Below are positions 11,230-24,430 of a stretch of 64,000 nt of DNA, in pieces. The DNA comes from Podospora anserina (taxonomy: Eukaryota). Location: NCBI GenBank assembly GCA_017654855.1, contig CM030332.1, forward strand, positions 4,464,001 through 4,528,000. Direction: 5' to 3'. A model generated the notes under the pieces. It was given only the letters and a program-made list of their open reading frames with translations, was not told the DNA's origin and ran no database searches. Made by a program: the position numbers and the translations under genes. Numbering within the stretch: position 1 is the first letter of the stretch; each line of letters begins with the position of its first letter.

Positions 11230-14200
11230 AATATTATAGCCGCACCTGAAAATATCTAAATAGAAAGCGTCCCCCTTAGCCTAAATAGCGAAGGACCTTT
11301 TATATAACGATTAGACTTAACTTTATACTTACAGAATAATTTATGAAAATATATTAAAAAACTTAAGAGCGAGGCTTAATAAATCCGGGATTAAACTATG
11401 ACTATAACGATCATACCTAAGTCGATACTTAAGTTCTCCGGTACTAAAGTATTTTAAAAGAAAAAAGTAAAGTTTGAAAGGATTTTAATTCAATTTAAAA
11501 ACTGGTTTTATTATTACTTTGAATAACTTATGAATAAAAAGTTAAAGGTAATTTTATGGCGATTAAATCTAAAATTTAAACTTTTATATAATTCGAATTT
11601 ATCTTTAACGATTATTATAAGGAGGAAGAAAGAAATTAAAAAACCATTATAGTTTAGTACTTTAAAAACTATTATATTTTTAAAATCAAATTTAAAAAAG
11701 TATTTAGGAAACACGATAAAGTAAAGTGTATGTAAGAAAAGCTTATAAACTTACGTTAAACGTACTTAATAGCAAATCATATAATTCTATTTAGAATTAA
11801 TAATCTATATAATAATATTAATAACAAAGGATTGATATAATCTTTTGATAATAACTTTAAGAAAAAAATGAAAAGCAAGTTATATAAAAGACTAAGGCTT
11901 AATATTATTATTAAATATATTATTACAGTTATACGGATCGACGATCAGTAATTTTAACGTTATAGGAGAAATGAAATAACAATGAAGGATATTATAGCAA
12001 TAACCGCTTTCATAATAAACGTAAATGATAATATTTTAACATTAGTTCGTCCGGTATTATATATATAGGACCAATAAAAGTTAACGTTATATAGTATTAA
12101 AGGCCAGAAAGCCGCGGTTAAAGTAAAGATAATTTTAAATATTTCAATTATAATCAAGTAGGGTATTTTAAAAGGATTATAAAGTATTTAAACGATTTAT
12201 TTAAAAAAGAAGAAACTTGAATCATTATTATGATAAAAGACCGAGGGTTATTAAGGTTATAGTGATTGGGTATTAAAAAAGCGAAGCTTTAAGCTTTAAA
12301 AAAATTATAACTAATATATTAAATCCACACAAAAGTTATATGAAATGTAGAAAATAATAAGAAGGATAAAAGTAGAGTATAAGGAAGGAGATTTTTAAAT
12401 ATAATAACTATAGGATTAGTTAATATCAATTATTAAGGAGATTATTACGAAAATTATTAAAAACAATAACCCTGTGTAATGAAAAAAATTTATTGAACTA
12501 ATGATACAAAAAGGATTATATAAATTGTATAAAATAATCCGTATAAAATAAATATTATAATTCTCAAAGTTTATATATAAAAAGTTAAGAGAAATATTAA
12601 AAAGATAAAAAGGTTATTAATATTAAAATGATGAATAATTAAAATAAATATCTTTAGTAATATACTATGTATTTTAGAAAGGAAATATAATATAATTTTA
12701 TTTTGAATATTTAAAATATCGAAAAATACTTTATTTTAAATATATTATATTTCTATGAATAATATATTAAATTAAAGTAAATTACTATATACTTATTAAC
12801 CGATACTGAAAGTGGGTAAGAAAAGTAAATCATAATTAGGTAGGAATATAATAGTTAAATAAGAAAGATTTTAAGAAAGCTTTATCGATTATTATTTTTA
12901 TAAAAATTTGGGATTTGATTAAATTAAAATGTAAATTTTAAATAATATAATTTATACTTAGATATATAAAATGATCTTTTAAAAATACAAAGGAAAGAGA
13001 TATAAAAGATAGGATACTTCCGTGAAAAAAATTAGTTTTTGTATAGTATTTAAGCCTAAACTATATATTATATTTATAAAACAAAAATAAACGATATTAT
13101 TAAATAAAGGAATTTAAAAAAGAATTAAATAGTAAAACTGTGATCAAATAGAAGTATTATAACATATGAGGAAAGTTAATGACGGGAAATAAAAGAAAAT
13201 TGAGCCAAAATAATCCCAAAAAATTATATATTTAAATAATTTAAAATAAGAAAATACTTTTAACGATATCATTATTTAAAAAACGACTCGCGGCCCTTCG
13301 CGGGGGCCGTAATCCTTAACGAACTATAAAAATTATTATCGAAAATATTAATATAAAGTAAAGGTATAGAATAATGACCCGATATTTATTAAGAAAATTA
13401 TTACAATATAAGAAAAGAGTAAACAAAATGAACGGTTTTGGATTATAATATATTATAAGGATATTTAAGCGGTAATATTAGTAAATAAAATTTTAAAACC
13501 GAACCTCATTTTATTATAGTTTGAATATTAGGTTAAGATACTATAAAAGAAAATAAAGGAATAATGATAAAATAAAGATTATTGCCGACGTACAAAATCT
13601 GGAGAGAATATTACCTTTGGATATTATGGTTAAAGGAAAAATAACTTTAATTATATTTAATATTATAAATATAAAACCTTCGAAAAAGATAATTCTAAAG
13701 TCATTATAGTATAAAAGCAATAGTTTAGATATTGATTAAAGGGGATAATAATTATTTACGATTAAAAGAACTTTCAAAGTATTTAATTAACGATAAAAGA
13801 TTAGGAATATATATATAGTAAAGAGAACACTCAATACCCTCTACGGTACTATTGTCAGAAACTTAAAAAGTAGTTATATACTTTATTAATATAAGCGGTA
13901 AGATTAAAGAAAAAGGTTTAATAATATTAATGAAAATATCGGAAATTGATAAATATATTTATTATAAACATATACAAAAAAGGAAACAAAATTAGTACCG
14001 GTAGAATATTGAGGATATTTAGCCTTTACGGTTCAGTATTTAGAGCTACTTTTAAAGCAAGGACCGTAAAATGACGAAAATATAAAACAGAAGCTGAATC
14101 ATGGTTATCAAGGTTTAATATATTAGTAATTAATAAAATAAGGAGTTACGGAAATATTTAATTAAGAATTTAAAGAAAGGATATATTAAAAAATTTTAAT

Positions 14201-16850
14201 CGTGAATAAAACATTCCATATTTTTTAGCCTGACAAAATTGTAATTTATAAGTGTACATAAATTATCATTAATTAAATAACGAAACGGTGAAAAATAATT
14301 ACCCGTTACTATTAATATTCGAGTTGCAGAAGTAATTAAATAAGGCGCGATACTTTATATATTTATATATAGATTAAAGAAGAGGATAAATAGAGAATAA
14401 CCTTTTATGTATCTTTGAACTATTTGAAATATCTCGTAATATTATTCGAATTACTTAATATATCTGTAACGTTATAATCTCTCGTTAATTATAAAATCCG
14501 GAAGTACCTCGATAAAATGATAATATATTATGTTAATAACTCCTGTATTTACTTATATATTTTAGAAAAATATAAGCGATATGTACGAAAGATATTCGAC
14601 GCGCTATACAAAGCTAGACTTTTAATTAATAAAGAAAAAAGCGAGTTTCATATATAAAACAGAACATATTCAGGATATTTAATATTATTCAACAAAGTTT
14701 AAATAAAACTTAGGGAAATTACGATAAATAAGGACTAAGCTACATTATAATTATAAATATACGTTAAAGAATTTTTAAGTTTTTAAATTTCTAATTAAAT
14801 ATATATCCGGAATTATGTATAAAAATAGCGTAATTAGTTAATCTTTTAATTAAGGAAGACATAGAGTTTCGGTAAAAATAAAAAAAGTAAGCCTTTTAAG
14901 AGTTAAAGGAAATTATTTCAAAAATCCGGTATTTAAAATATTAAACCTTAATCGACCGCTCAAAATCCAGGTTAATATATTAAATTATATAAGTAATATG
15001 TAATTAATTTAACAAAAGAATAATTGAAAATTATGTTTAATAACCTTTTTATTAAAAAAACTATTTACTATTATCAAAATATTTATAAAATAAAAGATAT
15101 ATTTTAATAGTATTAACTATAAAATGTAGAACTACACGGATTATAAAAAGCTATAATACTTTATTATTATAAAACATCTTAATATATATTAATTATGATA
15201 ATTAAAGTTTCTTTTAAAGTTTACTTTCTAAACTAATTATAAAAAGATTTCCAAAAACGTTAGAATAAACGTATTTAATTAACGAGTTAACCATTATAAA
15301 GATTCATTCAAGAAATTAGTAACATTATTTTAAAAACCCCTGAAAAGTATTTTTTAAATATTTACTTTAGCTATAAATAAAGTATTATATAAATACTATA
15401 AGTAAATTACATTTAATAAGTATTAAAGGAAGTTAAGTAACGATATTATGAAATAATATTAATAGGGAAAATTAAAGTTATCAAGTATGTAAAAAGATAG
15501 TTAAAGAAAACTATGGTATAAAAATCGAGTGTATATAAAGTTGAGGCATAGGACAATATTATTGATAAACATTTATCAATCGAAGTTCGGCGGATATATA
15601 AGTATTACAAAGACTATAGCAAATTTGAATAAAATTTTAATTAATTAAAGATTAAAAATAACATTAAAAAAAACTATTTAATGATATTATATATATAGAA
15701 GAACAAGGGTTATAAAGTATAAACTTGATGAATCTTTAAAGTTATTTTTAATTATAAAATAGCTGTAGAGTTCAATTACGATGAACTTTATTATTAAATT
15801 ACTAATGTTAAAGAATATCATAACTAGCGTTAAATATAATAGAATATTAATGAAAATCAATAAGTTTATTAAATAAACGTAATTTTTACTTTATAAAGAA
15901 ATTTAGTTGGCGGAGGAATTAGTGGATGTAATATTTCGGTATATTACAACAATATATGTAGTTAAAGGAGTTTATTACGGACCGCGATATTAAATATGTA
16001 TTAAAAATTTAAAAAGTATTGATAATAAAATTAGGGATAATAAACAAAGTATTTTCGGCCTATCACCCTTAAATAAATGATGAAACGGAACGGCTCATTT
16101 AAAATGTAAAATAATACTTACGGAGTTATATTTAATTTAAGTAGGACGATTAAATCAAATTATTTCCTATGGTTTATTTAGTATATTTGATATTATTAAT
16201 AAAAACGATTAAAGTTGTATTAACTTTTATAAATCTTATATACAAAGTAAATTCACGGTAAATACCTAATATAGAGGTATTTAGGGCTAGGGTTAAAGTC
16301 AATAAGTTATGTATACTTTATAGTAAACTTAAAAAAAACTGCAGTTTATAAAACAAAAAATACGGAAATATTGTAATACTAAAAGGCTCGAGGGACCTCG
16401 CCTTAAAGGAAAAATATAATTTTTGAAATATAATTTTTATATTAGAAAACTTAATAAGAAACTAAATTCTTAAAAAAATTATTTAATGTTAAAAGAAAGG
16501 TATTGAAAATAATACACGAATTAAAGCTACTTCATATAATATATTTAGAGTTATATACTTTTTGGATTTTATTTCTAAAACCTATATTACTGGTAAATAA
16601 ACTTAATATATAAAAGGTAGCGGAGGACGAAGAAGAAAAGTTTAATATAGAAAGGATATTAAATGTACGGTTTATTAAAGGTTATTTAAGATACTCATTT
16701 AGTTAATCAGGATATTCGGCTATACATAACTCGTAAAAACTAATAATAAATTTTAATTATTTAAATAAACTAAAGGAACTTTACCAATAATATTTAAACC
16801 GGCTAAAGCCAAGACAAATAAAAAGAAAGTATATTAAGATCGAAAAATAT
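11230..16850 (+). pseudogene. gag-pol: gag-pol pseudogene; ends approximate
   Basis: ggagtttattacggaccgcgat (EFITDRD) at about 15967, gaaacggaacggctc (ETERL) at about 16082, NNYPLLLI-like RT motif at about 14295, chromodomain EEKFNIERIL at about 16632. Confidence 0.88.
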
Positions 16851-16872
16851 TAATGGATCTGGATATACTTAA

Positions 16873-16942
16873 AACCTCGACGGGAATCGAACCTATACCT
16901 CCAATATAATATGTAACGTACTATAAAATACATTTTGAAGTG
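16873..16942 (-). other. tRNA-like cassette antisense to pol
   Basis: Revcomp ends ggaggtataggttcgattcccgtcgaggtt (B box/T-arm plus 3' acceptor strand). Confidence 0.6.
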
Positions 16943-19900
16943 AATAGGTACGAAGGAATTTAAATATAAATAGCGTTATATATTTTAATTAAATTAAAAG
17001 GTTAAAGACGTATTACTAATAGTACTTTAGGTAGTTATGAAGGAGGGACCGGCTATATTATGATTTAAAGATAGGTCGGAAAGTTAATTCAAACATAAGG
17101 AGTGATATAGAAAAAAAGGTCGGACGGATAGCAACGGAGGATTTTACTATAGGATAGTTCGAAAAAGGGCGGAATAAATAAATTTTTTTTAAAAAGATTT
17201 AACCTTTTCTAAGTTTTCTATATTATTAAAACTATACGAGACGGTATAAAATATTTTTTTTAAATTAGAATTTCTTTTACTTTTTCAAACGAGCGACTTT
17301 AACTATATGGGTAAATAATTCGCCCTCTATTCTTTCTATATTAAAATTTAAATCAGTTATAATAAACGACGATTTTATAAAGGTTAAAGGCGGACAAGCC
17401 GCCGTCCTATTAAACGGACTAATAAAAAGAGATATAAAAGGAGTAGCGAAAGAAATTGAAAAAAAAAGTTCGGAAAAAATGAACGGCGTTAATAATAAGT
17501 ATAAAAATTAACTATAGCGGTAGAATTATATGAAATAATATTAAGTAAAGTATTACGATAAATAGTTTTAGGATAGGTAACCTTTAAATATTTTAAAATC
17601 TAATTAAAAAATACAGTAAAATATAAAAAAATAAAATGAAAAAAAGCCCTTATTATATTATTAATAAAAATGAAGATTAAACCGTAGGGACTTTAGCTTG
17701 AAGAAAGAGTATTATATTACGGTTTAGAAAAAGCAGAGACGTTAAGACTAAAAAAATTAGAATAGGTAAATAGGCAAAGCCTATAAAGTAAAGAATAGTA
17801 CGAGTTAAGGGATTTAGGTTTTAGGAAATAAATCTATAGATTTATTTAAATTTAGAGCTAAAACTAAGGATCTAGAATTTAGAAACTAAATCCAGGGGTT
17901 CTAGGGATTGAAGGATAAATCTAGGTAAGGAGGTACTTAAAGCCCTAGGTCTTTTTATACGGAGGAACTAGCTAGTAGAAATAAATAGCTCTGTAGTATA
18001 AAATTTAAGTTATAATTGTTAGTATTTAAACTATTGTAATTGAGGTAAGCTATTTATTATATACTATTTAGCTGTACCGAACCAGTATTGTTTAGAAGTG
18101 CATTTAACTAGTATACCTTTCAGAGGTTCTGGATAGGGCTTCGTCACACATGGTTCCCGGACTCAATTTGATTACTCCGTCCTGGACCGTAGACCGTAAG
18201 CCCCGTTAAAGTCTCCAGTTTCGATATTTTTAACATAAGTTTTTCCGCTTTTACCGTAACGATACTTAAACGTGTATAAAAATATTACTATACAACTAAA
18301 GAATTCTTTTTTACCTCGTGTATTCTTTACCGTGATTACTCCGTTATATTTATATTCATTATTTTTCTCCTCAATTTCCTTTATTATAATCTTCGGCTTT
18401 TCCTTATATTCTCAATATATACGTTATAAAATTCTATATAACAGCTCTAATATTAATTTCGCGTGTAAATATATATTTTTCTTCCTTCCTATATTATAAC
18501 AAACAGTCCGGTAATAACCCTGGCGATAAGCAATATAATAAATTAAAATATAAAAAGTAAAAGCTTAAAAACTTAGTTTATTTTTTATTTTATTTTTTGA
18601 GTAAATTAAACGCGCCGTTCTCTTTGTTCCCGTGAAACACGATTATTCGTACATAATATTCAGGAGGAAGATATATACATAGCGTAATCCACTACCACCG
18701 CCCTAATTATATACATATTTAAGGCTTCTTTACAGCTTACCGCCATTCGGAACGTTATTCCGTAGGATCCTTTTACTTTAGATCTTTTTTAGGCTTTAAT
18801 ATCATACTCATCTTTTTCTAAACCCACTATAGCCGGGCTCTTTTTCATAACCGATCGGAGTACCGCCGTCAAACTTTTGTGATTTTTTACAATAATTAAA
18901 AGATATAAGAAATTGGTGTAAATTATTCATAGCCGGATAATTTAATCAATTGTTTAAATATTTTAATTACCTTCGTTAATTTATAAATCTAATACTTTTT
19001 TAATATCCTTAGTACTTTTAAGTATTAACTTTATTTATTAGCAATAAGGGTTTTAAAAATAAAATATAAAAGGTGTGTAACCTTAAACGTATCCTATTAA
19101 GTAACTTAAATTCCTATATCGTTTCCAATATTGTCTTTTAACTTTAAACGGTCCTACCCTTTCAAAGTCCAGTTTTTTACTTAGGTTTTTAGTACGAAAA
19201 TAATATATAGAAAAAAAATTATTTTCTTTTTTCAAATAAGGGTTTTTAGGCCTATTAAAATTATGATCCTTATAAACCCTTGCTCTTATGAACTTTAAAC
19301 TTTCCTTAAAGTTACCGTAAAATATATATTCTTTATTTATCCTAACTGTTACCCTAAGTACTCTATACTAAGTCCTTAAAGTAGGTTTAATTTATATATA
19401 TAATTTGCAAAAACCAGTATAATCTTAATTATCTTTGTTGAGAATATATTATATATTAAGTATACCGTATGCAATATTTTAATTTCGTTATTTTATTCGA
19501 AATTAATATATTTTCGGAATTACTACTTTATAACTCAGATTAACCGTTTTGTCTGCCCATTTATTTAAAAGTAATAAACTAATAATATTTCACTTTTTAC
19601 ACCAAGCCTCTTTATTAACGTTTTTGAAAACTGTAAATATGAATTTGATATTATAGCTTATAATAAATTCTTTCGGCTATATATATAATAACGTAATATT
19701 CCGTAGTACTATATTTGATAGTTATTGTACCGTTTAAATCTTTTAACAAAGAAAATATTTATTTAATAAACCTATAGATTACTATGACTATATTAGTATA
19801 TATAATATTAGTGATGATATTTTTAAACTTCAGTAATTCAATAATCATCGGCTATCAATAATGGTTTTAAAAATCTACAATGTTTATAATTTATAGTTTA

Positions 19901-22900
19901 AGTCTTTTATACGTATTATATGACTAAATAACTTTTTTAATTGTTTTTTTATCTTCGGCTAATTAAAATACTACTTGATTTTCTTTATATTTTTAAAAAT
20001 ATTTATATATCCTCCAAACTGTAACTAGTAAATTTGCTTTAATAATATCATCCTAGTACCTAGCTTTATATAAGTCCAGTTTATATACTGTAATCGTCCC
20101 CGATTATTTTTTAAATACCCCACGGCTTTAGCTTTTCCTATTAATACTATTCGGTAGTATTACTTTTAATTTTCCCTTAATATCTCCTAGAAGTAATTTA
20201 CTCGCGATATATAACGTAATATTTTATTAAAGGTTAAAATAAATCTTTAAAGATGCCTTCTGGTCTTTTTTTAAGTAATTATGATAATTTCAAAAAATTA
20301 TTTTTGTAGTAATTTGCTTACTAATTAAACGTATTTAGCTTAACTTTTTCGATTTTTTCTAATAAATAATTTGAAATAGAAATAATAATATTTTTATATA
20401 TTTAGTTTACTATACGTTAAGAATCTTCATCATAGTAAAATACTGTATATTGTTATAATCCGTATACATATATACTTCGTAATTAATATTACTAGAATAT
20501 AGTCTTTATCTTTCGAACACTTTAATGATAAGGAGTAGTTTTTTATTATAAATTAAATAAGTTTAACGAACCCTCTTTAACTTTTTCGAAAAAGATTACT
20601 AGGTATCATTTTCCGTCTATATTTCGCTGATAGAATTATCTTCCGATCGTATAATTTCATACATTTACTTTATTGTTAAATAGCTGATTAAGGTTTAATA
20701 ATTTAAATACCGGATCTTTTAAAATAACCTCTTATAAATCCCAGAATGTTTTCTTTTTTTACACGTAGTAAACTCTACATTCTTTTAATCAAGTAATGAA
20801 ATAAACATACAGTATTTATGACTTCCCGATAAATATCTGATAGAAATTAATAAATCGTAAATCACTTTTTAAATATATTTATAATTACCGCGTAACTTAA
20901 TTTTTTAATAGCCGTCACTTTTTTACACTCTATATCAATTCGATTTAAACTTATATACTTTAAATATATGTTCTCTTAAATATAAAATTTATTCTTTTCT
21001 TTCTTTATTCAAAATCTGATTCCGTATAATACGTGTAATATTTCTTATACCGAATATTTATATTTCTATAAAATATATAAAAAACTGAAATATGATACAA
21101 ATAGCATAGTACTGTCTTATTAAAGTACTTCTGAATGAAATAATTTATAAAAATAAATAAAATGTTACCGGTATATACTACTAAGCCTAGATATTGTGAC
21201 GCGTTACTCGAAATAACTATAAAATATAGAAAATACTTTAATTTATTAGTTTGCTTTTTGAGTCTATATATAAGCGTACCCGTTTAATATATTTTAATAT
21301 ATAAATTTATTACCCCGGTTGATTAACTCTATCATTTAAAAACTAATAAAAGTAAATAATTATATTTTACGGTTTCGTTATTTACTTAGTAATAATCTAT
21401 AATTTGTCGTGACCTACCGTTTTTTTTCGGTACGAAGAAAAAAGATGTTCTATTAATAATTTAAAATTGTTAATCTACCCTTTCTTTAAATTCTTATTTA
21501 AATATTTCCGTAACCTTTTATTTACTTATCGCCAGTAAAATAAACCTTACGTAACCGTAATTTAACTCTTTTGTTAAGTTTACTTTTCTCAACCTACGGT
21601 CCTTACTTTAATAATCCGTCTAATTATAAACGTAAAAGTTAAATACCCGCAGTATTTCACCAGTACCGCTTTTTGCTATATTTTTTTATAATATTATAGC
21701 AAATATATTTATTAATCGTGAATATTTCTATTAGCATTATAAAGTTTATTTTCTTGATTGTACTATTTATATCGATACAATATAACATAACTCCCTAGAA
21801 TCCTAATAGTAATATTAAAGAAAGTATTTATTTTATATTTTACTCTATATATACGTTTTATTTTTATCGTTAATTCAATAATAGTAAAAGTATTTAATTA
21901 TAGAAAATTATAGTTCCTTTAATTAAATCTGGAGTTATAATCTTTATATTATAACTATTTCGAAATTAGAATCTTTTAGAGGTTTTATATATATTATGTT
22001 AAACAGAGTTAAACTTATTCTTTTAGACGGTAATATTTAAAGGTAACGTTTGTTTCTAAACTTTTGAAATCCAAAAATAGGTTTTTATAATCAATCTTTT
22101 TTTCAAATATTTTTTGTTAATATATAAACTATGGTAAAAATAAATTGGTTTCTATACTATTATTTATTCATATTACCGTTTAATATACTATAGCCTAAAG
22201 GTGTTTATTTTTCTTATTCCATTCCTACATAGTGAAGGTTTTATTAATTAATGTAGAATCGTTGTTTTATACTTTTACGTTACGTGTATACTTTCGATGG
22301 TATTATTTATAAACCTTAAAGATTACCGGTCCTCGTAAAAACCTATAAAACCTTTTTGCGTTGTTAACTTTTAACAGCGTACTTTTATTTCGAATTAACC
22401 TATAATATAAACTGGATTAGGTATTACCGTTAAATCTTTTTACTTTCCGTTTTTTTAAAGTTTATTAAATCTTTTTCCGACTATACTTCCGTTTCTTTCC
22501 TATAATCTTAGCTTCAGTTTCGGCTAGTATATTATAATACCGTTTAGCCTTTACTTATAAGTAAAATATAGAATTAATAGTTTTATAATATATTAAATTA
22601 TATCTAGTTATTCTAATTATACTATATTTTAAACTTTTTATATATTGTAGAAACTATCTTACGCATATAAATAGAACTTATATAATTTCAAAATTACCTT
22701 TTTATTTCACTAAACTTAATACCTATTATAAAAAATAATCGTTTATCTTTTTTTATTAATACTATTTTATTATTATTTTAGAAACTAGCTTAAACTTTCC
22801 GTCCTTACTTACTTACCGTACCCGCTAATAATTCTAATATACTTTATTTTAATAATACTTTACATATTAATATATCATATATTAATAGTAAAATACTTTT

Positions 22901-23096
22901 AGAAACTTTTATTATTAAGAGCAAAGATATATTCTATTTTCTTTATATAATATATTTTATATATCTATATCAAAATTCTTAAAGAGATTCATGCCAGATT
23001 ATTATTTTAATAACCTTTTTTATTTTCTAAAAACCCCTTTAGCTTAATATAAACATTTTTATTCTGTAGGTCCGCTATAATACTAGTCTTTCAAAT

Positions 23097-23190
23097 TAAT
23101 AAAACTTTTCCGTTCACGTGTTTTAATATATAGGACTTCAGGGTAATAAAACTTTTCCGTTCACGTGTTTTAATATATAGGACTTCAGGG
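23097..23190. repeat. Perfect 47-bp tandem duplication
   Basis: taataaaacttttccgttcacgtgttttaatatataggacttcaggg x2. Confidence 0.95.
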
Positions 23191-23499
23191 TAATACAAAG
23201 TTAAGGTACTTCGTAATTAGTATAGCGGTGTAAAGTAATTATTTTTGTAGTCTCCGCAATTATATATTTACCCTTTGATCTTTTATTTTAAATTATTATA
23301 ATTTATTTTTAATTTTATAACTAATATTATTTCTATTATCTAATTTAGTAAGCGTTTTTATCGAAACTTATTATTTTTTCTTTTTCGTAACTAATAATTA
23401 TAATTTTTATAACCCTCGCGCCTTTCGATATAATTTTAACGGCGACTTTTCCTCTTTACTTTAGTTACCTAAATACCCAGTAAACCTTTCTTAAAGTAT

Positions 23500-23778
23500 T
23501 GTAACGAACCCCTATCCAGAACCTCTAAAAGGGATATTGGTTAAAGCGAGTTCTAAATAATCCTAGTTCGGTATAGCTAAATAGAATATAATAAGTAACT
23601 TATTTTAATTATAATAGTTTAAATATTAATGATTATAACTTAAATTATATACTATGGAACTATCTATTTACACCAGTTAGTTCCTCCGTATATATAAACC
23701 TCTACTTCCTATATACCTCCGTACCTAGCTTACCGCGGCTTATTAATAAACAGTAATAATCGTTTCTAACTTATTACA
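23500..23778 (-). repeat. LTR (type E, short or truncated U3) without a matching TSD
   Basis: Family core plus cctccgtacctagcttaccgcggct, which matches the U3 of 49473-49858. Flanks are agtat / cttac. Confidence 0.85.
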
Positions 23779-24430
23779 CTTACTAGGTAAACTTAATAAT
23801 CCGGTTTACCTTTATTAAGTAGTAAACGCTCTATTACCCTGTAGCCTTGCTATTATATTTTCTATATTTAATTACTATAACCTACTATAATTCTTACCCG
23901 TTTTCGCTATATAATTAATCTATAATATAATACCCCTCCTTAATTTTTATCTCGAAAATTTACTATCGTTACCCCTATACCTTAACGCTATTACCTTTCT
24001 TATTTTATATATATGTATAATCTATAGGTAAATCAGATTATAATAATCTATATATACGGTAAGCTAGTAGCTAAGTTTAATCTATTTTGTAAAGCTATAA
24101 ATATTATTTTTATAACACGTAATTAAATTATGATTCCCCAAACCGAACTTTAATCTATTTACCCGTTATAGTATATAAGGTTCTTGGGAGTTATATAGTA
24201 GAAGTAAAGTAAAAGCTTTACTATAGAGTATTAAGTTAGTAGTTAGTAAATAAAGTTACTTTAAATATAGCAAATTATTTATTTTAACTCGATTACTTAG
24301 CGCTATAAGGTATTATAGCCGTACCCCTAATAGTAAGCTATAGGTACTAGATATTAAGTTTTCCACTGTAGCGAGTACTATAGGTACGTATATATATATA
24401 AGGCCTTTAGGCTTCTATAGAGTATTACTT
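23779..24430 (-). mobile_element. Possible gag 5' fragment and divergent LTR relic
   Basis: Weak similarity to the gag start of the other copies. LTR-like start tatgattcccc at about 24129 and a TATA run at about 24390. Confidence 0.3.

Larger units (their letters stand above)
10747..18148 (+). mobile_element. Full-length RIP-inactivated Gypsy chromovirus element (LTR type D, ctagatcc repeats)
   Basis: LTRs at 10747-11178 and 17715-18148. PPT gaagaaagag precedes the 3' LTR. TSD TACGG/CATGG differ only by C-T transitions. Confidence 0.92.
10453..23499 (-). mobile_element. Older, strongly decayed Gypsy element; its 3' LTR (10453-10746 plus 18149-about 18260) is split by the 10747-18148 insertion, and internal pol spans about 18270-23499
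   Basis: LTR core starts tatgacgaacccc at 10453, and the ggaccgt-type U3 resumes after 18148. Chromodomain, integrase, RNase H, RT and protease relics are colinear with element 463-8358. Confidence 0.8.

Noticed and set aside
6795-18499. Short F/I/L/K/Y-rich ORFs (6795, 11514, 11960, 18272) and ORF 10725
   Set aside because: They are antisense or chance frames in RIP-mutated TE sequence; the hydrophobicity reflects AT bias.
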